Source: Klebsormidium nitens (taxonomy: Eukaryota; Plantae; Klebsormidiophyceae). Taken from it: a stretch of DNA of 64,000 bases. Below the pieces are notes generated by a model, which was not told where the DNA came from, searched no databases, and saw nothing but the letters and a program-made list of their open reading frames with translations. The DNA lies in assembly GCA_000708835.1 (NCBI GenBank), contig DF237093.1, forward strand, positions 111,720 through 175,719. The letters run 5' to 3'. Numbering within the stretch: the stretch's first letter is position 1; the number at the start of each line of letters is the position of its first letter. The position numbers were made by a program, and so were the translations under genes. Below, piece after piece: positions 51,401 to 63,371 of this stretch.

Positions 51401-54400
51401 AACGTTATCCCGAACGAACTCCCATTCTCGAAGATGGGCGCAATCGACCCGAGAACTCAGAAAAGAACATTGTTCGAGCAGAAGACATCACCTACTGATA
51501 CTGCTGCTCTTTGGGTCCCAGCGAAATCATCAGCGATGGACAAGCCAACACGCGGCTCAATGAAAACAGAGGTTTTATGTCCGGAGGCAGATTGGTGAGA
51601 CCGGAATGGACCGTGCACACTTGGGTGCTCAGCACCAGAGCTGTCTGACTAAAGCTGATACAACGATACTAGCCGGCAACCTCGACGTTTTGCACTGCTT
51701 CCAGAGGTGCTTGCCTACTTAAGCTAAGCTCGCTTGTGTCAAGACTCCGCCGCATTGACAATCGAGCAGACCAGTACGTCTCTTAACGTTTGACAGGTTT
51801 CACATAGGTGAGGAGGAGGCACCTCTAACGACGGTCGACGATGCTTCAGCAATAAACTGCCTCGGACGCAACTGCGACAGCTTTGCGTCTGTTGAACTGA
51901 AATGATTAGAAGCGCTGCGTTGCCGATCTATGGCAAGACTCGCACACTACGCGGTCCTGGATAAGGTAGCAACGTAGGCTTACCTGAAGTCCGATGACCA
52001 CACAATTGCCGTTTGCCAGGGCATCCTTAGCCTCAGCAACAACTGTCGGTACTTTCAGGGAGATGCATAGCATCTTGAAGAACCTCTGCAAGGGAGCAAT
52101 AACATGTTTTCTATTCCCAAGTTATCAAAGCTGTGTGGTCGAGTTGGATTCGTCAAGGTATGCACGTCCATCCAGACTCCAGAAGCAAAGAGCAGACTTC
52201 TGTAGAGCCGGGCCTGGACCGTTTACATGGTCAGCATCTCAGAAACGATAACTTTGATAGAGCGTCCGCTGTTCATTCTTGACGCGTCCTGCTCTTACCT
52301 GCTGACAGGACCAGAACGTTCGAGAGAGGTCCCTGACCGGGGCCTTGGTAAGGTTCAAGGCGAGAGCGAGATCTTCACGGAGCTTGCTCCACAGCCTTAC
52401 AGCGTCATCGTACACTTGCATCTGCAGGACAAATAAATGATAAGGCAGCCGGAAATACAAGCAAAAGCATGGACGATTCCAGACAGCATAGAGATGATCC
52501 CGACCTGTGGCAGAGGAGGGTACAAAAAGATGCTTACTGTCTACGAAACATGTTGGTGGACAGCGCAACATACAGCAAGATGCAAGACAAACTTTTTAAA
52601 GAACGTTGCGCCTGATGACTTTACCTGATGTTCTGAAAGCTTGCACTCGAGCTCTAGGAACTCGGCTTGCTTGAAGCTCAACCCCCGAGATACATAGAAG
52701 CCTGGAGAGAATCGGAAGGGTCTGAAGCAACGGGCATGGGTCATGGATTTGCAGATGGGATCGCGGGGTGCCAATAATAGTTTTCACAAATTATGCAGCA
52801 AAACACCTGAGTCGTGGAATTTGGACTAAACTTGAATCCGCAACGTTTCTGTTACAATCGTCACTTTCCTAAGATGAACACGTCAAGCTGAAATATCCAT
52901 ATTCTCCACCAGAAGTTATAAACCATGTACCCGTTCAAGTTCAAGCACAAAAGCTGGCTCACCGGACGCTTTCATTTCCATGGCCAGCATCTCCAGAAAC
53001 CCAAGCCCTCTCTTCTTCATGCTCTCCACGAAGTACTCGAAGTCCTTGAACGGCGTCCCAGGACCCCTGCAGAGAAGTTTTTTATGTACATGTGAATCGC
53101 CCCTTCGGTTCGTTTCCGCAGGTCGTGTCACATGCTGACCGCAGGTGGTGCCGAAAGCAAGCAATCTACAAGTCGAAAACGCAGACAGCTTCACAATATT
53201 TGCGCTCAAGAAAAGCAGAACAAACAAGCTCAGCATCTCACCAAAGGCCCATCCGCGTCATGTATGCGCAATGACCAATCTCACTCACGCCCGTCGCGCT
53301 GCAATATACAACCCTAGGAAGCGTAGAACGAAGTAAGAGATTTGACATCACAAAAACTCGCAATATGCAGATTTGAAAGCGGACAAGGTACGTCGTCTAT
53401 GAATACAGAAATGACACAGGACCAAGAGAAGAGCCAATGACACGAGGTCTACTTGCTGAGCTTCAAATGCTATATCATCGGCAATTCAATCAATAAGACC
53501 TCCACGAATCTGCTTTGCACTATGCAAACGAATGCACGAGTCTCTCTTTGCACAAGCTCACCTGGCTTTTGGAAGAAGCTCCTGAATTTGGATGACAGTA
53601 ACAGACACCTTGCTGCTGGCCCCCTCCTTACCCACGACAAAGTTCTTGGATTTGTGAGCTGCAGAACAGCTAACATGTTATCAGAACTTCCGAAGATTGC
53701 AATCGAACCCAATAGGCTGTCGCCGATGAGTGGAGGTACCTTCAAAACATGACTTACGAAAGCGTTCTTTATATCGCAAGAGTACTTCCTCATCTTTCTC
53801 CTGGTCGCAGGCAATGAGGTCTTCTTGAACTCTTTCACAGACTGCACCAGGTAAGCAACTCTAAAGCTGAAGTTGGAGCAAATGAACATGGAGTTGCTGA
53901 TACCGGCGGGAGAACTTACCTTCATCGAAGATCAGGACTCCATCAAAACTCTCACCACCACACCAAGCTACCAGTTGATCGAGCCTTTTTCCCTTCTTGT
54001 TTGTAGAAACAAGGGTTGAATATGTGGTAAAGAGAACACCTGCAGCAGTTTTGGAATTCCCCCCGTCAGAAAACCTGCGATACGGTTATGGCTTTACTTG
54101 GGGAGGGAACTTCGTCAGCTCTCGGGTCACATGCTGTGCATGCTTGTAACCATGGCAGTCACCACAAGAACTTTCCCACTCACACGCTTCATCACACCAC
54201 CGATACTTGCTAACTGCAACCGTACAGGGGGCATGAATACCAAAAGCATCCAACACTGTTTTTGCGTACACAAAATGGAAAGAGAGGCCTTGCCTTCTTG
54301 GAAATCTTTGCTGAGACCAGTAGCCTTCATTTCCCGGTCCAAGGACTGCAGATTCCTGATCACATTCACGTGGCAGTCTATATCCCGTAGATCCCTTTCA

Positions 54401-55618
54401 GCATCAAGGCTCAGGTCCTGTACAAGGAGCAAGGGGAAACGTCAGCCTTCAAAACCGGATAAGCTTTTCGAAGGCTCAAAAGTCAGTCAAGCAATGCTAG
54501 ACGTAGTCCGAGAGATGACAAAGGAGAGCCACAACAAAAAGGCTACTTCTTTTTTCAGAGAGTTGATCCTAAGCACGCTCTCCTTGAAGCCAGACTCAGA
54601 ATGACCGACGAGCCTGTAGAGTACTTGCCTCCGATGTTGACACCCATACATGCTTCCTCCGGCCCCTTGCAAAAGAATCCAGAATGATACCTGAGCACTG
54701 TCGTCCCTTTCCAACCTGTCAGAAAACAGAGTATATAGATCTCAAAGAGGGCACACAGGCGCCGCCTTTCGTCTTGAAAGCCCGCAAGTGCTCTGACTGT
54801 CTCTCCATGTAACCACATATTTTTTGATCGATACGAAACGAGTCCGGAACCACCGGTGGCATAATGATTTGATACTGACTTGCAGGGTCTACTACCTCAC
54901 CCACTGAGTGTAGAAGCACAACAGGTTTTGAGCTTCAGATGAAATGCAGAAACAAGGGCGTTTCTAAACACAGGCCCAAACATCAAAAAGTCTTCTTGAC
55001 TCATGTTGGGCTCTTTTTCTCTCAGGGGAGATCCAAAGAACTGTACAGATATGCGCACGAACACATACCCCTGTCGAATCACCGATATAGAATCCTTGCC
55101 GGCTCCCATTGGGGAGGATGCTTGTGTGTGCCTGGCAAGCGTACATAACACCTGCACAAAAGCATGCATTGCAATTTTCGGGGGCACCATGTCAAGAAGA
55201 CCCTGCGGTGAAACACATCTTGATAGTTGCTCTGGATTAAGCACGTCTTGGTTGTGACAATCTGGGCTCTCAACGACATACTAAGAATGAGCTTACCTTC
55301 CAGCTGGAGTTTGCTCAGCTTGCCTCCCTCCACGATTGCTGAAGGCAGCGAATCGAAGAGAGGAAAGCGAGATGGTGGCAGAGGGATGGCAGCCAGACTA
55401 GCTGCTTCAGCAATGTCCCCTGGGTGATCTAAACCTTTGGATTGGCTCCTACACACATAAGCTGCAAAAACCTCCTTGGAAACTTCTTCTGCAAAGGAGT
55501 CATCCCCTTCCAACTCTTGCGACTCTGCATCTCGTCTTCTTGCCTCCGGCAAACTTCCACCAGGGTTTTTGACATTTCGACCACCGGGCTGAGCGGCAGC
55601 CTGCGAAACCCTCAACAT
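45415..55618 (-). CDS. Strawberry notch (SBNO) family SF2 helicase-like protein lacking a PHD finger; many exons, 5' end uncertain
   Basis: Spliced peptides: [226 protein letters not shown]. Last exon 45606-45415 (TAA). Confidence 0.92.
51194..51720 (-). repeat. Intronic duplication of the 3' splice site plus exon start in the SBNO gene
   Basis: ccagggacgcttcaccggtggtctgcat occurs at ~51173-51199 (true exon boundary) and ~51333-51360. The intronic motif cgacgt.ttgcactgctt...ggtg.ttgcctactt occurs at ~51278-51313 and ~51685-51720. Confidence 0.8.
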
Positions 55619-56352
55619 TTTGACCAACGCAAATCAGCGTGTCTTACAGCAGATTTTCTCGAATCTTCAGCATAGGCGCACGCTTGAGTTTCTTACTGGA
55701 CGCATCACTTCTCTACTCATTAGCAAGGGTTTCCGGCCGCTCAGCTTGTTGCTGGCTACTGACCACTCCAAAATTAGACAGCACTCCTGCCCTTCTTTGG
55801 GCTTCTTATGCGTCACAAAGGCAGCCACAGAGTTGGGCTGTTCCAGCTCAGCTCAAACTGGTGCCAGCACCGGTGCAGCAGCTGTTCCACCTCGGCCAAT
55901 TGCAAGGCAGCTGTTCTGTGGTCCTTCCTTGTGTGTGGCTCCCTGAATCCTGACCTGCTCAGGCTGCCTGCATGTCTCTGCTCAGGGAACTTGAAGGGAG
56001 TTTGACAGTTTGTAATGCAAGACCAGAGCTTGGTCCCAGGTTACACTTTGCCGGTCCGACGTAACATCAACCAGCGAACAGAACCGAACGTTTCTGCTAT
56101 GCGTAAGCGTACTTCTGATGTGAATACCTACGTCCGAATGGCGGCAAAAGGGTTTGGCCAGATGGAGCTGGATTTCTGCATTTTTGAAGTGCATTGGTGT
56201 TTTAAGCATCAATTGCAACAATCAGAGCAGAATGATCTCAAGATTAAAGGGCTTTTACACTTGCCCAGCAGTACTTTTCGCGTTCAATGCACCACAGCAT
56301 TGTGTTTGCCGGTATGCACAGCTCTTGAAAATATCCATTTGTAATAGTCAAG

Positions 56353-59300
56353 ATGAGTGGTCACAGTCATGGTGAGCCCGAAGATGCTGGATGCGGCGTT
56401 CCCGCGGCGCCGGGGGCTCCGTCATCCAGCTATGCCCTTCTTTCGATCTCTGACGCCACTGAAGTCATCCTGAAATCGGCAAACCGATTGCAGCCCGTGA
56501 CTGTCAGTCTAGACAAGGCCCTTGGGACCATTTTGGCAGAGGATGTGCACGCTCCAGAACCACTTCCACCGTTTCCTGCGTCTATTAAGGTGGGTTGCTT
56601 GATCTTGATTCCAGGACAGCATTTGCGTGTCTCCTACGCTGATGGCCCATCATCATGTCAAGCTTAATTTTGGTATGTTGGGGCTTCACATCTTACAAAG
56701 TGTAAAAATCAAGCAAGGGGTCCACATGCTGCATTTGAATTCAGCTTCCGGAAAGAGGCTCTACTACGGCGCTGGCGTTCAGCAAGTCAACAAACATTTG
56801 TTTAAACCACAATTGTGCAGTGTTTCATGACCATGAAATTTGAGGTTAGCTCCATTATAGGGGCAACATGGTTGAGTCCCTTGAAGATACAAACATCCAA
56901 AGAAATGTGGCCATGTTTTTGTAAAGCTGCCGATGTTGTCTTGCAGCATTTATCCAATGAAACCCTCGTCCATTGTTCAGTGTTTCTTCGCTTGTCTCCG
57001 TACGCTCTGCCACATATTCCAAATGCTTCAAAGCGGGTAGGAATGTGGATACAATTGTAGGTCAATAAAGTCGAATAATCGACCTTGTAACGATACAATG
57101 TTTTGGAGCGACAACAATGACCACCATTTCGCAGGACGGGTATGCTGTCATCTCGGAAGATGGACCAGGAGAATACCCGATCATTGGCGAGGCTCGTGCG
57201 GGAGATGCTGAAAGCGAGGTGGTCGTGAAAAAAGGCACCGTTGCTTACATCACCACTGGGGGCCCCATGCCAGAAGGAGCAAATGCAGTTGTCCAAGTTG
57301 AGAACACGCTGCCGCTTCCGGACGGTCCGAATGGAGAGAAGCGCGTCCGGATCGTGAAACCTGCAAAGGGCCCGGGGGATGATGTCAGGGGGGTGGTGAG
57401 TCCCCTTGGAGATGAGTTGCTTATTTGAGCTGCTTTCGCTGCACTTATCTCCTGTGCAAAGAATGACGGCAGGGGGTTTTCAAGTCCTAAAAAGGATGCA
57501 AAAGAACGAGGATGGGAGTCAGGCTTGCGAGTGCCTGTCTCACATTGCACGGAAGAAGGAAAAGGGTATCCTGCCTCACAAACATCTCCAAATTACTGGT
57601 GCAAGTGACTGGCATCTGACTTCGTGGCCAAGACAGAGTTCTGCAACAGGCTATGCGAACCAACTTCGCCAAGTTTGATTGGCTCTTATCTTCAAAGTGG
57701 CAAGAGCTTGCATTGCTTTCTGGTCAATCATTGAAGAGATTTTCAAGGACCCTGTAGGTTCTCCTGAAACCTCCCTAACCAACCCGCATGTGACCTTGCT
57801 TTCCTTTGCTTTTCATAGGGCTCCGACATCCCAGGGGGCGCGGAAGTCCTGAAAGCTGGGGAACGCCTGTCCGCTGGTGAAATCGGGATTCTTGCAACCG
57901 TCGGCGCTGTCAAAGTCAAGGTATGCCTTGAAGTCGGTGTTGCTCAGAGGTATCCAAACAGAGGTTTGTGCACAAAATTTGATTGGCTCGATGCCTGAAA
58001 GGATTGAGTTTCGAAGTTCTGTTGTAATACGCCTTCAAGCGTTGAAGCTGGCTCCAGTGTCCGACTCTTCCCAGTTCATCAAATCTTATTCACCCGGAAC
58101 ATCAACCTGTGTCCCTTGTCGTCTAATAAAACTGACAAGGCTTCACTTGGAGGCTGTCTTTCAGTGCACCTGTTGTTTGCTGGTCCAGATCTTTCTTGTC
58201 TTCCTCCCCGTTTTGATAATCGCTGATCCCGCCTTCTTGGGAGCTCCGCAAGTACTTCACTAGAGAGTAGCATGAGGGCCATAACAGTTTCGAACATGCG
58301 GTCACAACATAGCTTCTGTCTCAATCTGTTCAACCCATGCCCATCTGAATGGGAATACTTTTAAGAAGTCGTGTCATGAAGCCTTGCAAGATTTGGGTCG
58401 ATGATCCCCAGATGACCCGCTGGCTCCAGAAAGAATTCAGTAGGAGCTTCCTTTTGAGTTGGTCACATAGGAAAGCTGTTGACAAAAGTTTGCATCTTGT
58501 CTGAAACAGGTGTACCCCCGACCACTCGTCGCTGTTCTATCCACCGGAGACGAGCTGATCGACCCCTATAGTGGCAAGACACTCGGACGAGGCCAGGTAA
58601 GGCACACCCTTGAGACCTATTTTGGAAGAGCCACTTCTTTGGATGTGCGATGGAACGTTGCCATGCTTCTGGCGATTGATCTACTCGAGAAGCTGTATTT
58701 GCCATCGAACACGGAGCCAAACATTGGGAAAAAAACAAAACCGCTGGCGCCACTTTACGATCTTGTACATTGTCGAGCGCACTACTCATTCCGCTCACCC
58801 GCTTTGCATTCTTCCACCGAGCGGAATGAGCCTTGCACATGTGCGGCGCTTATGTATTTCCACGTAAGGTCGAAAGCGATTTGAGATACTGCCGTGTTCG
58901 TCGAACCCAAGCTTAGCACATCTTGAGCAAATCCCCTCTCCAATGGCATGCCTCTGATGCCAGCCAGGACGCCATTGCGAGGTTCCAACTCCGGCACTTC
59001 ATCGAGCAGACAAACTTCAACGTGAACGTGTCCTCATATCTTTGAAGTTTTCCCCTTGATACGATGTCAGATCCGTGATAATAACAGCGCAATGCTCCTG
59101 GCGGCTACCCAGGGCGTCATTGCGAGCTTTTCTCCTTCCAACGCAACGCATCATCGAACACGAAGAGGTGCAACGTGACGTCACATCCTCAAAGAGTATA
59201 CCATAGGGTATCGGATAACAGAACAAACATCTTTGTTTCAATCGCAGATCCGCGATGCCAACCGCGCGATGCCTCTGGCGGCCGCTCAGGAACGTGGGAT

Positions 59301-62300
59301 GCGAAACCCAACGCATCATCGAACAAGAAGAGATTCAATGCAAGGGTATCGGGTAACAGTACTATTATCTTTCATTCGATCGCAGATCCGCGATACCAAC
59401 CGCGCGATGCTCTTGGCGGCCGCTCAGGACGTGGGGTGCGAAACGCAACGCATCATCGAACAAGAAGAGATTCAATGCAAAAATATCGGGTTAAACAGAA
59501 TATTTGTCTTTCGTTCGATCGCAGATTCGCAATGCCAACCGCGCAATGCTTCTGGCGGCCGCTCAGGACGTCCGCTGCGAAACTCAACGAATCATCGAAC
59601 AAACAGAAATCTAATGCAAAAGTATCGGGTTAAATACAACATTTACCTTTCATTCGATCGCAGATTCGCGATGCCAACCGCGCGATGCTCTTAGCGGCCG
59701 CTCAGGACGTCGGATGCGAAACCCTAGACCTGGGCATCGCCGGCGACCAGGCGGGCGACCTCGAGGCGAAGCTGGACGCCGCGCTCGAGGGGGGCGCTGA
59801 CGTCCTGCTGACGTCAGGGGGCGTGTCGATGGGCGACAAGGACCTGGTGAAGCCGCTGCTCGAGAAGCGGGGTACGGTGCACTTTGGGCGGGTGAGGCAA
59901 GCGTTGGACGGGCCAGACCTTGCATGAATGGCTAGCCTTCGGATAAGCTTTTGAGGAGGAGCTGCAACGTTCGAGCTTCAAGCTTTTCTTTCTACCGAGC
60001 TGGCCGGCGAAAGAGGTAAAAGCATATGGAAGAATTCTCAGAAGCGAGCTTTTTAAGGAGATTGACCGGCTGGAGGTCGCAGTGTCCTTCGCTTTTCCTG
60101 CTTCTGGCTGTTGTAAAGTACCTCGAGCGCGAACCATCACGAGCTTCTGACTCTGCTTCCCTGAAGTACCGAGCGTGTAGCCTCACGCATCAACGCTCAC
60201 TATCCAACTATCTTGCACGTCACGCTTTCCAGGCCCTGCTGAAGCCCGGCAAGCCGCATTCAACGGTCATTTTCTGAGTATTTCGGGTGTCTCGCTTTCC
60301 AGCTTTCCAGGCCCTGATTAACCTAGCAAGGCGCATACAACGGTCATTTGTCTGACTATCTCGCCCGTCACATTTTCCAGGTCTTGATGAAGCCCGGCAA
60401 GCCGCTGACGTTTGCGTCCATTCTCCGGGCCAAGAAAGGCCCCGGGGACCAGCTGCTCGTCTTCGGTCTTCCTGGGAACCCCGTCAGCAGTATCGTCACC
60501 TTCAATCTGGCAGCGCTGCCAGCTATTCGCAAGCTCGCCGGCTGGGCCGAACCGGAGCTTAGACGGTGAGCGGCAGAGAGTGTGCTCCAATGCTCACTGT
60601 GCTTTAAAAGTGGACGTGTTGGGTCTGATGTCGAATTTCAGTGCTTTGTCTTCGACCGTCCCGTCTGATGGAAGTTGAACACGAATGATTTCACGATCTT
60701 TCTGCGATCTTGATACGAAGCCTCTGAATCAGGGTGGTGTCGGAAGTCAAGATGAGAGTGGCTGCCCGCAATCAGGAGGGTCGAGAGGGCTCGCTGGAGC
60801 TGCCCAGGTTGACGGTTGAGCGTTAAAACGAGCGCTGAATGCCGTAGACAAAGGGTAAAGTGGCGGGGCTTGTGTGCGCTTGAAAGTGGGCGTTTTGACG
60901 CCGTTTGTACAAACCCATAAGCCGGCTGCAAGTTGAATTGTTGAAGTACGTTCGGCAGTTCCTCTACGCCCTTTGTTTGCGTCCTCGTTGGTCAGAACAG
61001 ATACTGATATGGGTTTGGAAAGTGTCCTCGGAATCAGCCCGTGTACACCGACTGAAGTGGAGGTAGTTTTCAAACGTACAACCGAAGCAAAGAAGATGCG
61101 TTCATCTGATGCTGAGGCCCTGTCTTCGCAGGGTGGAGGCCTCCTTGGCGCAGTCAGTAAAGCTGGATCCGGAGAGGCCCGAGTACCACAGGGCCTCCTT
61201 ACACTGGGAAGCCGGGAAAGGGTAAGCAGGCCTCGGTACTTCATTTGCTTCAATCATGGATGTGCTGATCAAAGACTCCGCGAGCGCCTCGTCGCCTTCA
61301 TTTGAGGCCGCCTGCATGCGAGAAAACCGGCGTTCTTTTCCACCTTGCCCGGCCTGATTGCAGGGGGCCGCTTGCTGGAACAACTCGCAGAATTGCCTGA
61401 CCACGACTGTCCACATACGACATTACGTTCTTTTTGCAGGTTCATTGCGGAGAGTACAGGTCGCCAGATTAGCAGCCGCCTATTGAGCATGCGGTCGGCG
61501 TCGGCGCTCTTGGAGCTCCCGCGAAGCAGCGGGGTCCTGCCCGCTGGGACAAAAGTCTCCGCCCTAGTTATTGGAAACCTCATGGCCATGCCATACTCCG
61601 AGGTTCCAAAGATCAGCCCCCCTGCTGACACGTCAACAGCAGCCGCGGGAGCCGCGGGCCATTCACAGCACCACGGGGGCGGGCATTCACATCACCACGG
61701 CCGGGGCCACTCGCACCATGACGGCGGAGGGCATTCACACCAGCCTGGGGCGGATGCTTCGGCTTCCAAGGACGCGGCCGGAACGAACTTCTTCTCACTT
61801 CAGAAGGGCGTGCACGGGCAGAGCTTCGATCCCGCGAAAGCCGGTGTGAACGCGCCCCCGGGGGGCGTTACCACCACGGAAGAAAAGACCCGCGAGCTGA
61901 ACCAGATCGCAGCGGAGTATTTTGCGAAGGGGAAGGAGGCGGCGGCGGGAGGCGCGCAGGTGCGCGTGGCGGTGCTAACCGTTTCGGATACGGTGTCGAA
62001 GGGGTTGGGAATCGACAAGGGGGGCCCGGCGGCGGTGGCAGCGGTTGAGAAGCTGGGGGAGCGGGTTGGGGGCGTAAAGGTGGTCGAAACGAAAGTGGTT
62101 CCGGATGAGGTGGATCAGATCCAGGCGGCGATCAAGAAGTGGTGCGACGAGGACAAAGTCAGCTTGGTGATAACCACAGGTGAGTTCTGAAACCTGTGAA
62201 GACTTGTTCGTTGTGGACCTTGCAGGCTGAGGGTTCAGGGCCGAGATTTTTGGCACAATGCTGACGTCTTGCGCAGTGGACATCGGCTCGAGAGCTTGCC

Positions 62301-63371
62301 ATGGAAACAGCAAAAGAAAACGAGCCTGTTACACCGCTCCGCCTGAGGAAGGCTAGTTTGCGATGTGCCAGGTGATTCGTCTCGACACCGGCGCGAGTTG
62401 CTCAACCCGCAAGGTGCTCTCCTGTCTTTGCATTCTGTCCTCGCTCTCCTCCTTTCGGCTTTCAGTTTACCAGAAATCAAGCAGTATATTGTGGTGACAA
62501 AACAATGAGGGCTCGTACCCGTTCATGACAGGTGGCACCGGTCTAGCGCCCCGTGACGTCACTCCCGAGGCCACGAAGGCGATCCTGGAGCGGGAGGCGC
62601 CCGGGTTTGCGCACGCCATGATGACCTACAGTCTGACCATCACGCCGACTGCCATGCTGTCAAGAATGGCGGCTGGGACACGTGGCTCCACTCTGGTGAG
62701 TCTTCCAAATCTGGAGTGGTCAAGCGAAGTCGTCGAGTGTCTATTTACACCCCGGTGGAATTGCAACTACTCTGGAGTGATTGTTGCAAAAGTGTTTTGA
62801 GCTCTAGGGTCCTGTTTCAGGCCCCAAAGAGAAATTTCGCGTCTTGAAAGTCTGCCTCGACCAATCTGTTCAAGTGGCAGCGATCATGATTCGATTCATG
62901 GATCCGTGAAAACTAGGCGCGTCGACATCCAAGATACGGGTTCTTTTGTAGCAGCATAAATAATGCGACTGTCGCCAGATATGCCAAGGCAGTTGGCGTC
63001 AGCAAGAGGCAAAGAAGAAGCTACTTTGCAACACTTACTGGCGAGATACTCGTTTCAAGCAAGCCCCAATTGCGGTCAGCCAAGAGGTCAGACAGGGTTT
63101 TGAATGGAGACATCAGTGCAACCCGGCCCCGCTTGTGTTGGATCAAGAGTCTCAAATGGATGTTGGCAAGTGCGTTTGATGCAACCATGTACTTACCATC
63201 TTCGACCGAACCCTGTCCTCCGTGCAGATCATCAACATGCCCGGGAACCCAAACGCCATCGGCGAGTGCCTCGACGCCATAGCGGTGGCCTTGCCGCATG
63301 CGCTACGCCAATTGCGAGGAGACAAGAGGGAACGGCACCCGCGACATACGCCCCACGGAACGTCGAGCTAG
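56353..63371 (+). CDS. CNX1: Molybdopterin biosynthesis protein CNX1 (fused MoeA-like E domain and MogA-like G domain); 10 exons
   Basis: In-frame exons 56353-56589, 57135-57395, 57819-57920, 58510-58596, 59664-59891, 60381-60565, 61132-61221, 61440-62179, 62532-62695, 63228-63371. Motifs: [122 protein letters not shown]. Confidence 0.96.
58640..59730 (+). repeat. Tandem array (period 138-139 bp in the youngest copies) of the CNX1 intron-4 acceptor plus the first ~60 nt of exon 5
   Basis: Exon-like starts after cag at 59071, 59248, 59386, 59525 and the true one at 59664. More degenerate traces lie at ~58940-59030 and ~58640-58715. Confidence 0.9.
60190..60410 (+). repeat. Tandem duplication (70-78 bp) of the CNX1 intron-5 acceptor plus start of exon 6
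   Basis: tttccag|gccctgctgaagcccggcaagccgc at 60233, tttccag|gccctgattaacctagcaaggcgc at 60311, and the true ttttccag|gtcttgatgaagcccggcaagccgc at 60381. Confidence 0.85.
61657..61749 (+). repeat. Coding 24-bp tandem repeat giving the His-rich linker [29 protein letters not shown]
   Basis: Four imperfect units of about GGGHSHHH lie in frame within CNX1 exon 8, between the E and G domains. Confidence 0.85.

Noticed and set aside
59175-59694. ORFs 59175..59633 and 59233..59694 as repeat proteins
   Set aside because: They are by-products of the intronic tandem array and lack their own start context.
59071-59730. Regularly spaced repeats resembling a CRISPR array
   Set aside because: The whole 138-139 bp unit repeats, with no unique spacers. 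It derives from the CNX1 exon boundary, the context is eukaryotic, and no cas genes are present.
38759-63371. GRXS17 and CNX1 as a metal-cofactor gene cluster
   Set aside because: They are about 16 kb apart with unrelated genes between them, and there is no evidence of co-regulation.
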